Source: Hydrolagus colliei (Eukaryota). Taken from it: 64,000 bases of DNA. The notes under the pieces are model-generated. The model saw only the letters and a program-made list of their open reading frames with translations. It had not been told where the DNA came from and did no database searches. Made by a program: the position numbers and the translations under genes. Below, in pieces: positions 51,401-64,000 of the stretch. The stretch is taken from assembly GCA_035084275.1 (NCBI GenBank), contig CM068744.1, forward strand, positions 108,624,001-108,688,000, in the 5' to 3' direction. Position 1 is the stretch's first letter. Every line of letters starts with the position of its first letter.

Positions 51401-54174
51401 GAGTTTATTGTTAATCTTCCTGAATTTTTGTACAGAAATCTAGGTTCAAGTTTTATTGAATTTCAGGACTGCATGGTGAATGTCTGAAAGTGCAGAGGTT
51501 TTTGTTTAAAAAAAAGTGTAGGTACTGTGTGATTTGTTGCTCTGTATTGGATATAAACCTTGTTCCTTTCTTCTTTTCTGTCACTACTGTAGGGTTGGCT
51601 TCCATACGTGAATGCACCCCAATGCAGAGCAATCTGACAAGAACACCACACAGCTTGAAAATAATCTCTAGGGTTCTTCTAAACTGGTGTGCCATTATAA
51701 CCCAGTATCCTATTCACTTTGCTTATTGCAACCCCATTTTGTTTGCACGTGGTGAACAGTGAGTCAACCATTATCCCATGGCATGTTCTATCCTATTCCT
51801 GAAACCAAAAGAATAAGTAAGCAGTAAACTTATTAAAAATGTAAGACATGTTCTCCTCAAATGTATTTACAACCCAATTACGCCCAGTTTAACACACTTG
51901 ACAATAATAACTCAAGTTAGTCCAGTTGGTATCGTGAGCCTCTCGTACCTCATGCAAATCAGCATTCTTAATTTGTTAGTCTACACCAAAAAGGGTTTGT
52001 AGGGTGTTTAAATTTGGGGATATTTGTAGGGAGTGATCAAATTATTTTAGTTTTGAAGGGATTATTATCTGTTACCATAGGCAATGGTGACACCGTTCAG
52101 CCATTGAAGGGAAATCTCTGAACAAGGGCTGGAATGTAGGGCTGGAATGCAACATAAAAGGTGAGCGCTTTATTTCTGCAAAGCATTGGTCTTGGGCAAG
52201 AAAATGAGGGTCCCCTGGTCCCCTCAACCATGAAAGTGAATCACATTTGAGAGTAGGGAAACAAGTAAAGTGCAAAGTGATGAAAGTATTACTTCAGCAT
52301 TTTAAGCATACCAGTTTTAAGGGATCTATTAGATACAGTATTAGAATTCAGATATCTTACCATCAGTTTGGCTTTGTGATGACTGTACACTTGAAATAAT
52401 TTGTCCCGACACTGAATATGATTCATTTAAGCAGATTAATAGAGTCCACAAATACTTGTCTTATAGCAAGCAATAGATCAACTAAGTCACTTATTTCGCT
52501 ATGCAGTGGTAAGAATTAAAAAAACTACAATAATGCTCAAAGCATTATTGCAGATACCTCTGTATCATGTACAAAGCACATGATATCACTCCAAGTGACT
52601 GCTGTTGCATTTATACTGTATCAAGAATTCAGTCGTTCTGCTTTCCCCAGGTTGGTGTGACCTCCAGAAGTACGAGAGGCAATCAGGTACAAAACTCTCC
52701 AGGATCAACAGTTCCAACCAATTCACCATCAATTCTACTTGAATCAACTTTTAAGTATCCTGCAAACAAGTACAGTACTGAACAGTACATCAATGATTCC
52801 AAAATGAGCACCAGAAAAATTGTAAAATATAAGTCAGTAAAGTTGCTGGCATAAATTTTCTTATTGCCTCCCCTTGCTCCATAAATTTCATACCAGCGGG
52901 ATCATGCTTTTAAACAAATGACAACAAATAAAGCAGGTAGCACATGAGCAATGCACTCCATTTCAGAGAGAGCCTTTGGCCCCTGGATCTTTTCTTTATG
53001 CGGAGCGGGAAAAGAAACAGCTCGGGGCCAACCAGGTTATTTTCTCTTGACTAAAATTACTTTTGGTTAATGCTGTAAATGGAAACAAAAGAAAAACTCA
53101 AGACTTTAGATTTGAATCACCCTTTTGGCAACGGGTGCTGGGTATCAAAAGATTGGTCACCAGATCTCAGGATGTCAGCAAGTCCTGGAATGTCAACATC
53201 TGGTGTGTGTACAAAGCCAGAAAACTTAAATCTCTACAACAATAATTTGTTGATGTATTTCCAGAACTGCTCAACATACATGTAATGTAGATTGAGGCAG
53301 GCGTTTTTCCTGAAACGTATTTTTTTTAATAAAAAAGAATTAAAATCATGAAACTGGTTGATAAAAGTTGTGGGTTGTTCAGGAAAATACAAAATTAACC
53401 CATTGCTAACACAACATTACCGTCTCAGTGTACAAACGCTTGAAACTTCAAAACTATAAGGACCACACACAAAAATTATATGTACAGTGATCATTACATT
53501 CCAATAGCAGGGTACACTATAAGACAGCTCTGAAGTCAACAGCCAATTGATAACATGAGATGCGTTTGTGGTTGGTAGACGCAAAGGTATACAGTATTAC
53601 ATTGCTCCAAATCTATAGAAATTGTTCTGCTGTATAAACAGGGTGTTTTCTCCAGCACAGGCAGCTGAAACCTCTACTCCAGGACAAATTTCATACAACA
53701 GTTCTGCAATATAAACACAGCAAAAGCAGTCAGGAGCCAAATGATCTTTGGGTACCAATGTAAAATACTGCATCTGATTCTTTGCTAAAAAAAAGGGTTT
53801 AAACGACAGCTTCTGTTCCAATATGGAAACTGCAGCATTTCCATCGTCAAACCTTAGAATTATTTTCTGCCCATTGGATCTTCCCCGTCATATTGAGGAA
53901 AGTTGCAACATTCAGGAAATTCCAAAACGTATACATCAGGAAATCATAGTGGTGCCACTGCCAGAGACAAGAGGATGCATGTTTATCTTTTCCCAGAGGT
54001 GGAAAGAAACTTAATCTCTGGATTTATTTGTCATCATCTCTGGAGATACCACTGTCATCTGGTATAATATAAATGCAGCATCAAAAGACCAACATAAAAA
54101 AAATCATTTAAAATCTATAAGTGGGAAGACTCCATACAGTCTGCCTTCTTCAATCTAACAATGCTGTCTATTCG

Positions 54175-54702
54175 AAAAGAGAATCGACACCTCCCTCCTC
54201 GACTACTCAAATGCCCTACTCGGCAGTCTCCCCTGCTCCACCATTCACAAAATTCAACACATTCAAAACTCTGCCACCCGCATTCTCACCCGCACTAAAC
54301 TCCGTACCTCCATTACCCGAGTCCTCATCAAACTCCATTTGCTCCCTGTCACAGAGCAAGATCTTCACTCTCGTATTCAAATCCCTTGCCACCCTGGCAC
54401 TCTCCTACCTCCCCAACCTGTTCTCTCTCTTTACACTACCACCTGTTGCTTACGTTCAACTGGCTCCAGCCTCCTCCTTGTCCCTGTGCACTCCGCCCCA
54501 GCATCGGCGGCCGTGCTTTCAGCCACTACACCTCAAAGCTGTGGAACTTTCTCTCTGTTTTCAGGTTGCGCTTGAAGACATTCCTCTTCCACTGCACCTA
54601 CTGTCACCTTCCCACACCCCCTGGCTCGTCATCGGGCTACGCCACTGCTCAGCACTCCGAGACACCACCGGCATGAAGGGAGCTGTACAAATGCAAGTTG
54701 TC
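54175..54702 (+). mobile_element. L2 3' region
   Basis: CTCGACTACTCAAATGCCCTACTCGGCAGTCTCCC; SIGGRAFSHYTSKLWN; RLRLKTFLF. Confidence 0.88.
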
Positions 54703-55029
54703 ATTGAGAATATTAATCAGAATAGTCGTACTCACCCTTATTGCATTTCAGAAATACATGTGTATCTCTGTAATTTCCCTTTGGGTGGGGATCTTAACAA
54801 ATGATGATTGTTAAAATGTCATCTTGTTTATTAACAATGGGCAGCCAGGGATGTTATAAATTGAGGATTATTTACCTCTGAAACAGCAAACATATTAAAA
54901 ATCTTGTATATTAAAAATCTTGTCACAACAGGGAAGATTTCCGATTTTCACTGGTGCAGGTGTAATTTCCAATTACATTAACTAGAGAGAAAAATGATAC
55001 GTGGACTATTTAACACTATGTTTACGACA

Positions 55030-55306
55030 ACAATGATAATACAGTACAGCACTTTTTCATGTCTCTAGACTTCTCAAAGCACTTCACAGAATATACTGTA
55101 AAGTGAACTGACTAGAGTTGTGGGCGAAATGTGGCAGCCAACCTCACACAGCAATGTCCCACAAACAGTTTTGGATTGAAGTGAGCAATTTTATTTTCTT
55201 GAGGGATTATTATCAGGCGTGTGGAGTAAGGTTTTGACCTACCAGGAATCAAACCCAGGTCTCTCGCTTGTGAGGCGAGTGGTCTAAACTGTTCCAGGGA
55301 CTCCAT
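55030..55306 (-). mobile_element. SINE, near full length
   Basis: Same body and head as other major-family copies. Confidence 0.85.
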
Positions 55307-55940
55307 GACAACAACAACAAAATTACAATTGTATAGCCCCTTTTACATCGGGAGAATGTCCCAAGGCGCTGGAAACAGGATACTGTACTGATTTCTCCTT
55401 TGAAGGGGTGGGGGGAGAAAAGGGTTTAGCAATTGATTTACTGTGCTGCTGAGTGAAATTTGTGGTGATGTGCAGGGTTGCGATCAGAAGAAGGTTGTTT
55501 AAAATAGAGTAGAATCATGTTTAAGTTGGGTCCTTCCTTTTTTCCCCAAAAAAGTTGAGTTCTGCTGGGAGCTTCCTACATCTAGTTGTGTGCATGATTA
55601 ACGAAAATGAAGTTCCTATGCCAAGTGCGTCATAAAACTGTTTCAGCTGTTTTCTCAAATTATCTTTCTGGCTGTACTATCACTAAATCAGTTTAGGCAA
55701 AGATAATGCATGACATTATAATGCACTGACAATAATGGATGTCTAGAATAAAAGTTGGCAATACAGTTATAATATTGTAGACTTTATATTTAAAAAAATC
55801 AGGGACACAGTGTATACTAATTTTTTTTAAACCCAATTCAGAGTAATTCATTGCTTCTCATAATCTCATTGCTGAAACAGCTTTTAAAGCCATAGAAGTG
55901 TGGTGACATGCAAGGGCAAGAAGCAAGCATTTTGTTGAAA

Positions 55941-56171
55941 AGTCATAGAATCATAACATTTTACAGCACAAAAGGAAGCCATTCAGCCAATCGTGTCCGT
56001 GCCTGCTCTTTGAAAAGAGCTATTCAAAGTCAATCCCACTGCCCAGCTCTCTCTCCCCATAAACCCGCAAACTTGTCCCCCACAAATAACCATCCACCTC
56101 TCTTTCAAAAGTTGTTATCGAATCAGCCTCCATCACCCTTTCAGGCAATGCATTCCAGATGCGAACAACTC
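55941..56171 (-). mobile_element. CR1 3' end, older subfamily
   Basis: TCATAGAATCATA tail; GTTATCGAATCAGCCTCC...GCAATGCATTCCAGA. Confidence 0.85.
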
Positions 56172-58753
56172 GGAAAGAATAAAAAGAATAAAGAAAGAGA
56201 AATTTAGAAATGGCATTCAGTAATAGAAAGAAACACGATTATCAATTAAGGGGGAGAAAAGGGTTTAACAACAACAACAACAACAACAACAGTGTATAGT
56301 ATAGTGTATAGTGTACAGTGTTTAGCAATTCAAGGTTTGTCATGACACGTAGGTGTGCAATCAGTAGGAACTTGGTGAAAATAGAGTGGAATCATCAACG
56401 AGAGATCAACACGTGAACAAAAGAACATAGACCTGCTAAGGCCGTGGGTAAAGAACCCGAGGGTGAACAATCTATAATGTTAAAGCAACGGAAACAGCAA
56501 AAACCAATGATCAAATATTCCATGATGTTTCCATAAGGTATTTGCGCTGCTGGGTATTATTATTGTTAATACTATTATTACTGGAGTACCAGCCTGAACG
56601 TGCATGGCACCGTTCATTTAGGGCTAACATCTCAAGGCATTTTTACAAAGATGGTGTACATTCACTGAGCAGGACTGGAAGAGGGGTGTGGGGGGGAGGA
56701 GGAAAGAAGTCGAGAATATTATCCAAACCACAGTCAAATAGATAGACATTCAGGAAGATGTTGAAAGCAGGGAGAGAAGGTGCAAGGTGATGAGATTTCT
56801 TGAAACAGGATCAAAGAATATAGTGGCAATGGAGGTGGTTCAAGTAGCAGACCCAAGCGAAATGAAGGTTACAGGCACTCGAATAGGGCTGGAAGAGATT
56901 ACAGAGGTAAGGTTGGTGCAGAAACATGAATCTCAGCTAGTTGGAATTCAAATGCAGAGATGTGAACAACAACAACAACATTAAATTTCTATAGCGCCTT
57001 TCACATCGGAAGGATGTCCCAAGGAGCTAGACAGTCAGTGTTTCCTGTGGAGATGTGAAGATGAAGGGACAAAGATTCAGCTTTATTTGGTTACCTCTAA
57101 GGGAAATCTGGGATTATTTATGCAAACCTTTGCATTCAGAGGAATAAATCGGGTTTGTAGTCCAAGGATTATAAATAGGGATTGCTTGTAGTCTAGGGAA
57201 GAAATATGCTTAAACGTAATTCAATGTAATTTATTAAAGCATCTAACATTCCTTTCTTGTCAATTTTGGCTTTCGTTACTGAAAAGGGAAAACTAGCTCC
57301 ATTTGTCTTAAGTGTTATACCTTTTTAAAAAAATAAATTCTGCTCTGTAATCATTTCAGATAACATGATGGAAATTACTCAGGCAATTTACTGTGGCAAT
57401 GTTAGATTTATCTGTTCCGATAAATAAAGTTAAAAGTAATTTGCTATTTTGTTTCATCTTGGGAGCACTTCTGTGTTAATTATGCATGTATCTTACATTT
57501 AACACTGAAGGAAATAAAAAGCAACAAATCTATGTGAAACAACTGTTTTTCCATACTAGCAAGGGACTAGTTTAACACTGGAAGGAAAGACAACCAATGT
57601 TGTATTTCTTGAAAGCCACTAAATAATAATCCTGCCATTTCGTATAGCTTCTATAACATTGCGCTTTATCAAGGTACTTGTACTTCCTCTGGTACTTGTG
57701 ACCAAATTCCAGCAAGAAACTACAAACCTGTCAACAACAACGTGTATTGACATAGCACCCGTCATATCCAATTTATCGGGAGCATCGCTGGCCTGGACAC
57801 TGGGGAGAAAATCCCCTTTCTTTTCCACATAGTGCTATGGATCTTTAATGTCCGTTTGAACAGGCAAATAGTGTTTTCAATTTAAAATGTCATCCCACGC
57901 AGTCAGTGCCGCTGATGTAATTTCCTGTGCATGACACACATGCACATCAGCAAGATTTCCTGCTCAGTGATATCAGTGACAAACTGATGATCCCGAAAAT
58001 CCGCGTTATTCGGTATGTAAAGCTGTCTAGCGAGTGGAAGAAACTGATGTAGTGAACGGCACTATAAGCAAGACAGTGTGTTGAGGGGAGGCATTATAAT
58101 TATGGTCTAAAGCAGTAACTGTTCAGCGCCTTGGGATGTCCTCCTGACGTGAAAGGCACTTTACAAACATAATTTAGTTGTTGTTCTCCTGCATGGGGCA
58201 TATTCTGCCTCCTTTCATTGTAAATACCTATGCAATAAATAAAGTTGGTCATTTGTTTCTAATGGGTCAGTTATGAGTCTTGACACAACAGCAAATTACA
58301 TTTGTAGAGCAGCTTTCACAGAGGGGGCACTGACAGTTAGGTTTGGGATTGGGAGGGTGGGGAGGATTGGGGTAGAGGAATATGCAGAATTATCCATCTA
58401 TTCCCCAGTTCAGTTCCTGAATCTGAGCTTTTCAACTTGTACTTGTACAAAAAAAAGTTGCATACATTTCCTTCTTTATTCACATGCAGGTATGTAAAAT
58501 AAAGGCATATGTTGACGTAAAGAACGTCAAATCCTCTCTCAGATCTCTCATGACGTATATATATATATATATTTTTAATCTGTTACAGAACTGTCACTTC
58601 CCAATGGCTGCATCAGAACAGTGGGGGGAAAGTCAGTGTCTTTTGAATTCTGGATAACAATCTGAAACAGTCAATCATGAATTAACTTAGTACCAGGTCG
58701 TGATTTAACTAGATTAGCATCTAGTTTCAAATCGCATTGCTCACTTTGAAATA

Positions 58754-59580
58754 CAGGTATCCCTCCCCAACCGCGGGGGGTATGTTCCCAAAAACCTCCG
58801 CGGTTCGTAAAACCAGGGCCCTATGGGAAACATGGGGATAGAGGGCGCATTGGCTGCCAGGATCTACAGCAATCCTCGAGGCTGTCTGATTGACTGACTG
58901 ATCTACACACAGACACAAAGAGAGAGAGAAATCAACGGAGAAGGTGGTGTGGTGGGTAACACGGAGGTGGGGGGATGTGGAGAATGTGGTGAGGTGGGTG
59001 ACACAGAGGTGAGAGAAATCAATGGAGAAGGTGGTGTGGTGGGTGACACGGAGGGTAGGGGGTGTGCAGAAGGTGGTGGTGGATGACATGGGAATAGGGG
59101 GGAGTAAGTTTGGGAGCATTGGCTGCCAGGAACTGCAGCAATCTGCGAGGCTGTCTGACAGACTGACTGATCTACACAGAGAGAGAGAGAAATCAATGGA
59201 GAAGGTGGTGTGGTGGGTGACACGGAGGTGGAGGGATGTGGAGAAGGTGATGTGGTGGGTGACACGGAGGGGTGGGGGATGTGGAGAAGCCACAATAAAT
59301 TCATGTTATTTATCTTAATCCTAAGAGAGAAGCAGCATCTTGCTGGTTGATTGCGACATCGCAACTGGATCCTAGTGCCAAATGCTAGCGCGAAGTGACA
59401 TCGTGGCTGGTTGATGCAACTGGGTCCTAGCACCAAACGCCAGTGTTAGTGTTAAAACCCGTGGATAAGCAAGGGTTAAGCAATAACCATTGCCGTGGTT
59501 AGCAAGGGTTGTCGCAGCAAGCTAACCGTGGATACGTGAAATTAGCGGTAGAAAAAACCGCGGTTGGGGCGGGGTACCTG
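58754..59580. mobile_element. Tigger/pogo-like MITE, copy 2, complete
   Basis: TA at both flanks (58752-58753, 59581-59582); 23-bp TIRs CAGGTATCCCTCCCCAACCGCGG and CAGGTACCCCGCCCCAACCGCGG. Confidence 0.9.
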
Positions 59581-59869
59581 TACACGTAAACAATAAACCT
59601 GCATTAGCTATTGCATTATACAATTTACTGTTTCAGGTGGAAATCCAGGATAAACATTAGTGGAATGGAAACTGATGTTTTCCTGATACTGGAGTATAGT
59701 TTCCAACACTTCCGAGTTATTGTCTCATGCTAACTTCCATTCTTTTCACGTGTGCAGAACTCAATGTTATAAATTCAGAGAACAAAAAGTATCCAAATTG
59801 AAGGGTATTGTGAGAAAATATTTAAGGAGAGTAAAAGGCTACTAAGCTCAACAACCAAGTAATTACCTA

Positions 59870-60150
59870 ACAAATACCATTTACATTTGTATAGCGCCTT
59901 TCACGCAAGAGGACGTTTCGTAGTGCTTCATACTGCTGGCCGAGCACCTGAGGCTGCGGGACAAAAGCTGAAGAGGATACAGGGGAAGCATAGACAAAAG
60001 CACGGTCAAAGAGACAAGTCTTGACATGGGCTTTAAACGCGAGGAGGGACGTCTCAATTCATAGGAATATTGAAATGGAGTTCGAGAAAGCAGGGGTCAG
60101 AATGGCTGAAATCTCATTTGCCAATCAGATTTGCCAATAGGGTACAGGAC
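59870..60150 (-). mobile_element. L2 3' end, degenerate
   Basis: TTACATTTGTATAGCGCCTTTCACGCAAGAGGACG tail; GGAGTTCGAG..GAATGGCTGAA body. Confidence 0.7.
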
Positions 60151-60959
60151 ATGGAGTAGACTTGAACAATGAACGAACCACCTGCTGGAAACTCAACCAA
60201 CCACCACTTTCTGATCATATCTCTCTCTCTCAATTCATTTTGTTTCAAAACATATACCGTTGTTTTTTGAACCATTATGTACTGACTAGGTGACGCATTA
60301 AAAAGGCAGCTTTTGACCCGTCATTATGTTCTCCTTCAGCCACTCACACATCAGATTCCCCTTCATTTAATTGACCTGCTCTCTCCTATCGTAAAGGAAG
60401 GCTGATGGAAAAAGTCATGGAGATATGGACTGCATATTTACTTTCAGACAGATTGTTTTTGCATTGCATACTTATTTTTAGGGGGTGGGGTGTAGGATGA
60501 TAGGACAGTGATTTTTAAAAACATATTTGCAGTAAATAAGTAAGGAGCGTTGCCTCCATCTATATAGAGACTGTATATATATATACACTGTATATATATA
60601 TTTTTTTAAAATCAAAAATCATACATAAGACATTTTCCCAACACAGTATCCAGTGCATTATCTGCAAAAACTATGATCTGGAAAGCAACAACAACAACAG
60701 TAAAATTACATTTATAGAGCGCCTTTCACGTCGGGAGGACGTCCCGAGCCGTTGACGTTAAAGGCGCTATACAAATATAATTTTGTTGTTGCAAGGTAAA
60801 TAGAACTCAGAGACCAGGAAGACTACTTTCTCTACCACTGTATTTTTTTAAAAGTTCAGTAGATTTATTGATTGTTCTGATCCCTAGAAATACAAAATAT
60901 GTCTCCAATTTGTGAAGCATCAGAAAATAAATATGCTATCTCATTTTGAGGGAGCAAAT

Positions 60960-61635
60960 GAAAACTGCGAGGTTACGATCGATTGGAAAGAAAAACATGG
61001 CTCCCATGTACAAAGTAACAAAATCATGACAACTAATACCATCATACAGTTCTGAGAAATTGGAAACACAATGGAATCAATATTTTGCAGAAAACAAGGA
61101 AATATACCTACAGGGAAATAATCAAATAAAGGAAAGCCGACACATTTTGAGAAGAGTAGATTTTGACCGACCAAATAAGAGTAACAAAGACTTTCAAAAA
61201 ATCTTTGAAAGTACCATCCAGTATAAGAAATTCTGTTGCAAACTAACGTACATACCATAGATAAAAATTGATGGAGATCAAAGAAAGTAAGCTTAACAGG
61301 CATGTGGGCAAATGAAATTCAACATGGAAAAATATTGCATATAGAACGTGAAAAAAAAATGGTGGCATATGCACTGTGTGGATGAGCGCGAGGTTGCTAA
61401 GAGAGAAGTTCAAAGAAACAGAGATGCTGCATGAATTTGCTCACCATGTTCAAACAGAGTGAGGCAGCAATAAACAAAGCAAATATGATGCTGGGCTAAA
61501 TTGCCAAATCAGTTGCGTTCAGATAGGTAGACGTGATGTTCAAGTTCAATAGTGCTCTGGTCAAGCTGTACCTGAAAAAGTGCATAGAGTTCTGGTCGCC
61601 GTGACATAAGGTGGCTGCCCATAAATTAGAAACAG

Positions 61636-61640
<5 letters not shown>
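60960..61640 (+). mobile_element. Ancient, deleted CR1 RT remnant
   Basis: KDFQKIFES..KKFCCKL resembles the CR1 motif LDFQKAFDKVPH.RL..KL; TGGGCAAATGAAATTCAACATGG; AAAGCAAATATGATGCTGGGCT; TTCTGGTCGCC. Confidence 0.68.

Positions 61641-61667
<27 letters not shown>
61637..61667 (+). repeat. (AG)n microsatellite
   Basis: About 14 AG units. Confidence 0.92.
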
Positions 61668-61672
<5 letters not shown>

Positions 61673-61921
61673 AGAAGAAAGAAGGAAAACTGATTCTCAG
61701 TACTTGAAGAATGAGCTTTTGGCTATATGTTTCAGTCTCGAAAAGAAAGCTCGTGGAGGGACCCATCTCTAGTTTCAACTCTGTAGGCAGCACGGAAACC
61801 CGATTGGAGGGGATCAGAGGGAATGGTGGAAAGAACGAAGCTGGGACACAACCACTTGTTGAGGAATGGGAACTTGGTGGTGGGGCGATAGCTGGAACTA
61901 GGGATGAGAACAGGGAAGCTT

Positions 61922-62108
61922 TTAATAATAAAATTGGTCATTTCAATCCACGACTGTTTGTGGGACACGGCTGTGTGCAATTGGCTGTCGCATTTCGCCC
62001 ACAAACATACAGTCAATTCACTTTACGGTACATTCTGTGAAGCATTTTAGTCTAGAAGTCTAGAAGATGTGAAAAGCGGGATATGAAATGCAAGGATTAT
62101 TATTATTA
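61922..62108 (+). mobile_element. SINE 3' half
   Basis: AATTGGTCATTTCAATCCACGACTGTTTGTGGGACAC...GGATTATTATTATT. Confidence 0.88.
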
Positions 62109-62804
62109 TAATAAAAGATGCTTAATAGAAAAAAGGGAACTCAGAGTAATGCATCCAAATGCCAAACCTGCAGGACAAATGCTCACAGTTCAAGGTTATG
62201 AGCAGCTTCTAACTCTCGCACTGTCATTTGTTTTCAGGCCCCCATTTTTAAGATGACGTCAAATAGATTCACCCTGTCTCCATAATGCACTGATATCAAC
62301 CACTGTCCTGCCAAAACTACATTCCCAAAGTGATCTTGGCAGACAGAACACAGTGTAAATTCAGTTTGCAATCAACCAGCTCAGTATTTTCAGAGTGAAT
62401 CACCATGAAAAGTGGAACACAGACCAACCGTTTAAACTCATGTGAAAGTAGACAGTCTACAGCAAGCTAAACTTTTTTTTAAAAAAAACATCTTCATGTA
62501 ATATGTCTAGGTATAGAAGCCAATACTTCTAGATTTAAAGCCAATCTATTTGGTAGCTGCATTCTAGCCAGCCTGAAAAATCATCAGAGGAATACTTTTC
62601 CCAAATTGAAGGCTATACCCATCTCAGATAGGTTTCCTCAGATCATAAATCTGATGTATTCCATTGGTCTATGAAGAGCACTAATAGTACACTCATTTTG
62701 GAATAATATTTTCTTCTCGACCCCTTCACTAAAATTTGCTTGATGAATAATAACCCAGGAAAACCTAACCTAATAAGGAAATTAGGAAAACCTAATAGCC
62801 TAAC

Positions 62805-63092
62805 CAGTGAAGTGAATAGACTGTATTTTGTGGGAGAAACATGGCAAACAATTGTGCACAGCAGTGTCAAGTCAAGGATTGAGTGACCAAATTATTAATT
62901 TTTTTAAGAGAGATTATTACCCCTGGAAAAGTGATCTGGCAATCGACCAACAACTGGGTTCCTACTTACTGCAAGTTAATCAGGTGTGTGGAGTAAGGAA
63001 TCTTGTCTCATGTTTCACCATGCCAGGAATCAAGCCCAGCTACTCTCGTGTACGAGGCGAGTACTCTAACCACGAAGCTTTGGGATTCCACG
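62805..63092 (-). mobile_element. SINE, long variant
   Basis: CAACTGGGTTCCTACTTACTGCAAGTTAATCAGGTGTGTGGAGTAAGGAA plus head. Confidence 0.72.
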
Positions 63093-63561
63093 ATTGCATT
63101 TTGACCCCTATTTTTTTTCTATTGAAGTACAGTCCGATGGTTAAGAGACATCCTTGATTGTTTTAAGCAAGTAGCTTATTATTATTACCTGTATTATTTA
63201 ATTGCAATGCATTGCTTGAAAGTAAGTTTTGCTTACAAGGAATATCACTGCAAAACTCAATCTTGCACTCACTCATGCACTGCCAGCAGGGGTTGCGAAC
63301 AAACAATCAGGAGCGGGAACCCTGGTACTGCATTATCCTTTATTAATCTGGATGCTGAGGCAAATTGTAAAATATCCCCACACCCATATCCAGCAAGGAT
63401 TATTTTACTAACGAGGATTTTGGCTCATGCGTTTGCGATCATATCCACCTTGAAATCTCAAAAATGAGTCAGATAGGCTTGATCAACTATCAACAATACC
63501 TTAGATTGCTACAAACTGCCTGGTTTGCAGGTATATGTCGTCAGAGTCAGTTTAACCCCTT

Positions 63562-63884
63562 CTCCTGGAGCTCAGTGGTTAGAGCACTCGCCTTACAAGC
63601 GTGAGACCTGTGTTCGAATCCAGGCAGATCAAGGCAAAACTTTGAGCAAGTTTCCTTACTCCACATGTCTGATAATAATCCATCCCCAAAATAATGATAA
63701 AAATTGGTCATTTTCAATCCACAACTATTTGTGGGACACTGCTGTGCACAATTGACTGCCATGTTTTGCCCACAAATATACAGTGAATTCTGTAGTGTAT
63801 TCTTTACAGTATATTCTGTGAAGCGCTTTGAGACATTGATAAGATGTGAAAAGCACCATATCAAATGCAAGGATTATTATTATT
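63562..63884 (+). mobile_element. Full-length SINE
   Basis: AGCTCAGTGGTTAGAGC...GTTCGAATCC...GGATTATTATTATT. Confidence 0.9.
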
Positions 63885-64000
63885 CTCACAAGAGATTCAT
63901 TTTAAAAGTCATCTATTGACCTCAATAGGATGTAGGTTTCGGTGTACCTTACAGAATTTCTTACTCCAAACTTGTGACTGTTTAATTTTTGAAGAAACAT

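Noticed and set aside
54121-54804. 227-aa ORF (also the 237-aa ORF at 24363-25076)
   Set aside because: Frame-shifted read-through of decayed L2 sequence
57900-58060. Slightly CpG-rich unique stretch as a conserved enhancer
   Set aside because: No way to assess conservation from the sequence alone and no distinctive motif cluster
58727-59436. Pro/Ser/Thr/His-rich, mucin-like ORFs (also 5732-6130)
   Set aside because: Products of the stop-poor 42-bp minisatellite inside the MITE

Overview
Vertebrate genomic DNA, mostly intronic. The only recognisable protein-coding sequence is one 129-nt exon of PDE10A on the minus strand (13775-13903, [23 protein letters not shown]...). The repeat content suggests a cartilaginous fish, possibly a chimaera; this is inferred from repeat style only. 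The rest of the window is dense in repeats: about 25 copies or fragments of a tRNA-headed SINE with an L2-type tail, several L2 LINE lineages, young and old CR1 LINE 3' ends, two copies of a TA-flanked Tigger/pogo-like MITE with a G-rich 42-bp minisatellite, and a hAT/Charlie-like MITE nested in a SINE with a perfect TTCTAGAT duplication. Nearly all ORFs in the track are repeat-derived or spurious. I see no convincing novel multi-gene system. The best leads are a possibly chimeric SINE, recurrent CR1 breakage at internal hairpins, repeat-derived fold-backs, a phase-compatible candidate upstream PDE10A exon and a composite CRE element. Repeat family names come from recalled motifs, not database searches, and repeat boundaries are approximate unless a TSD or TIR fixes them.
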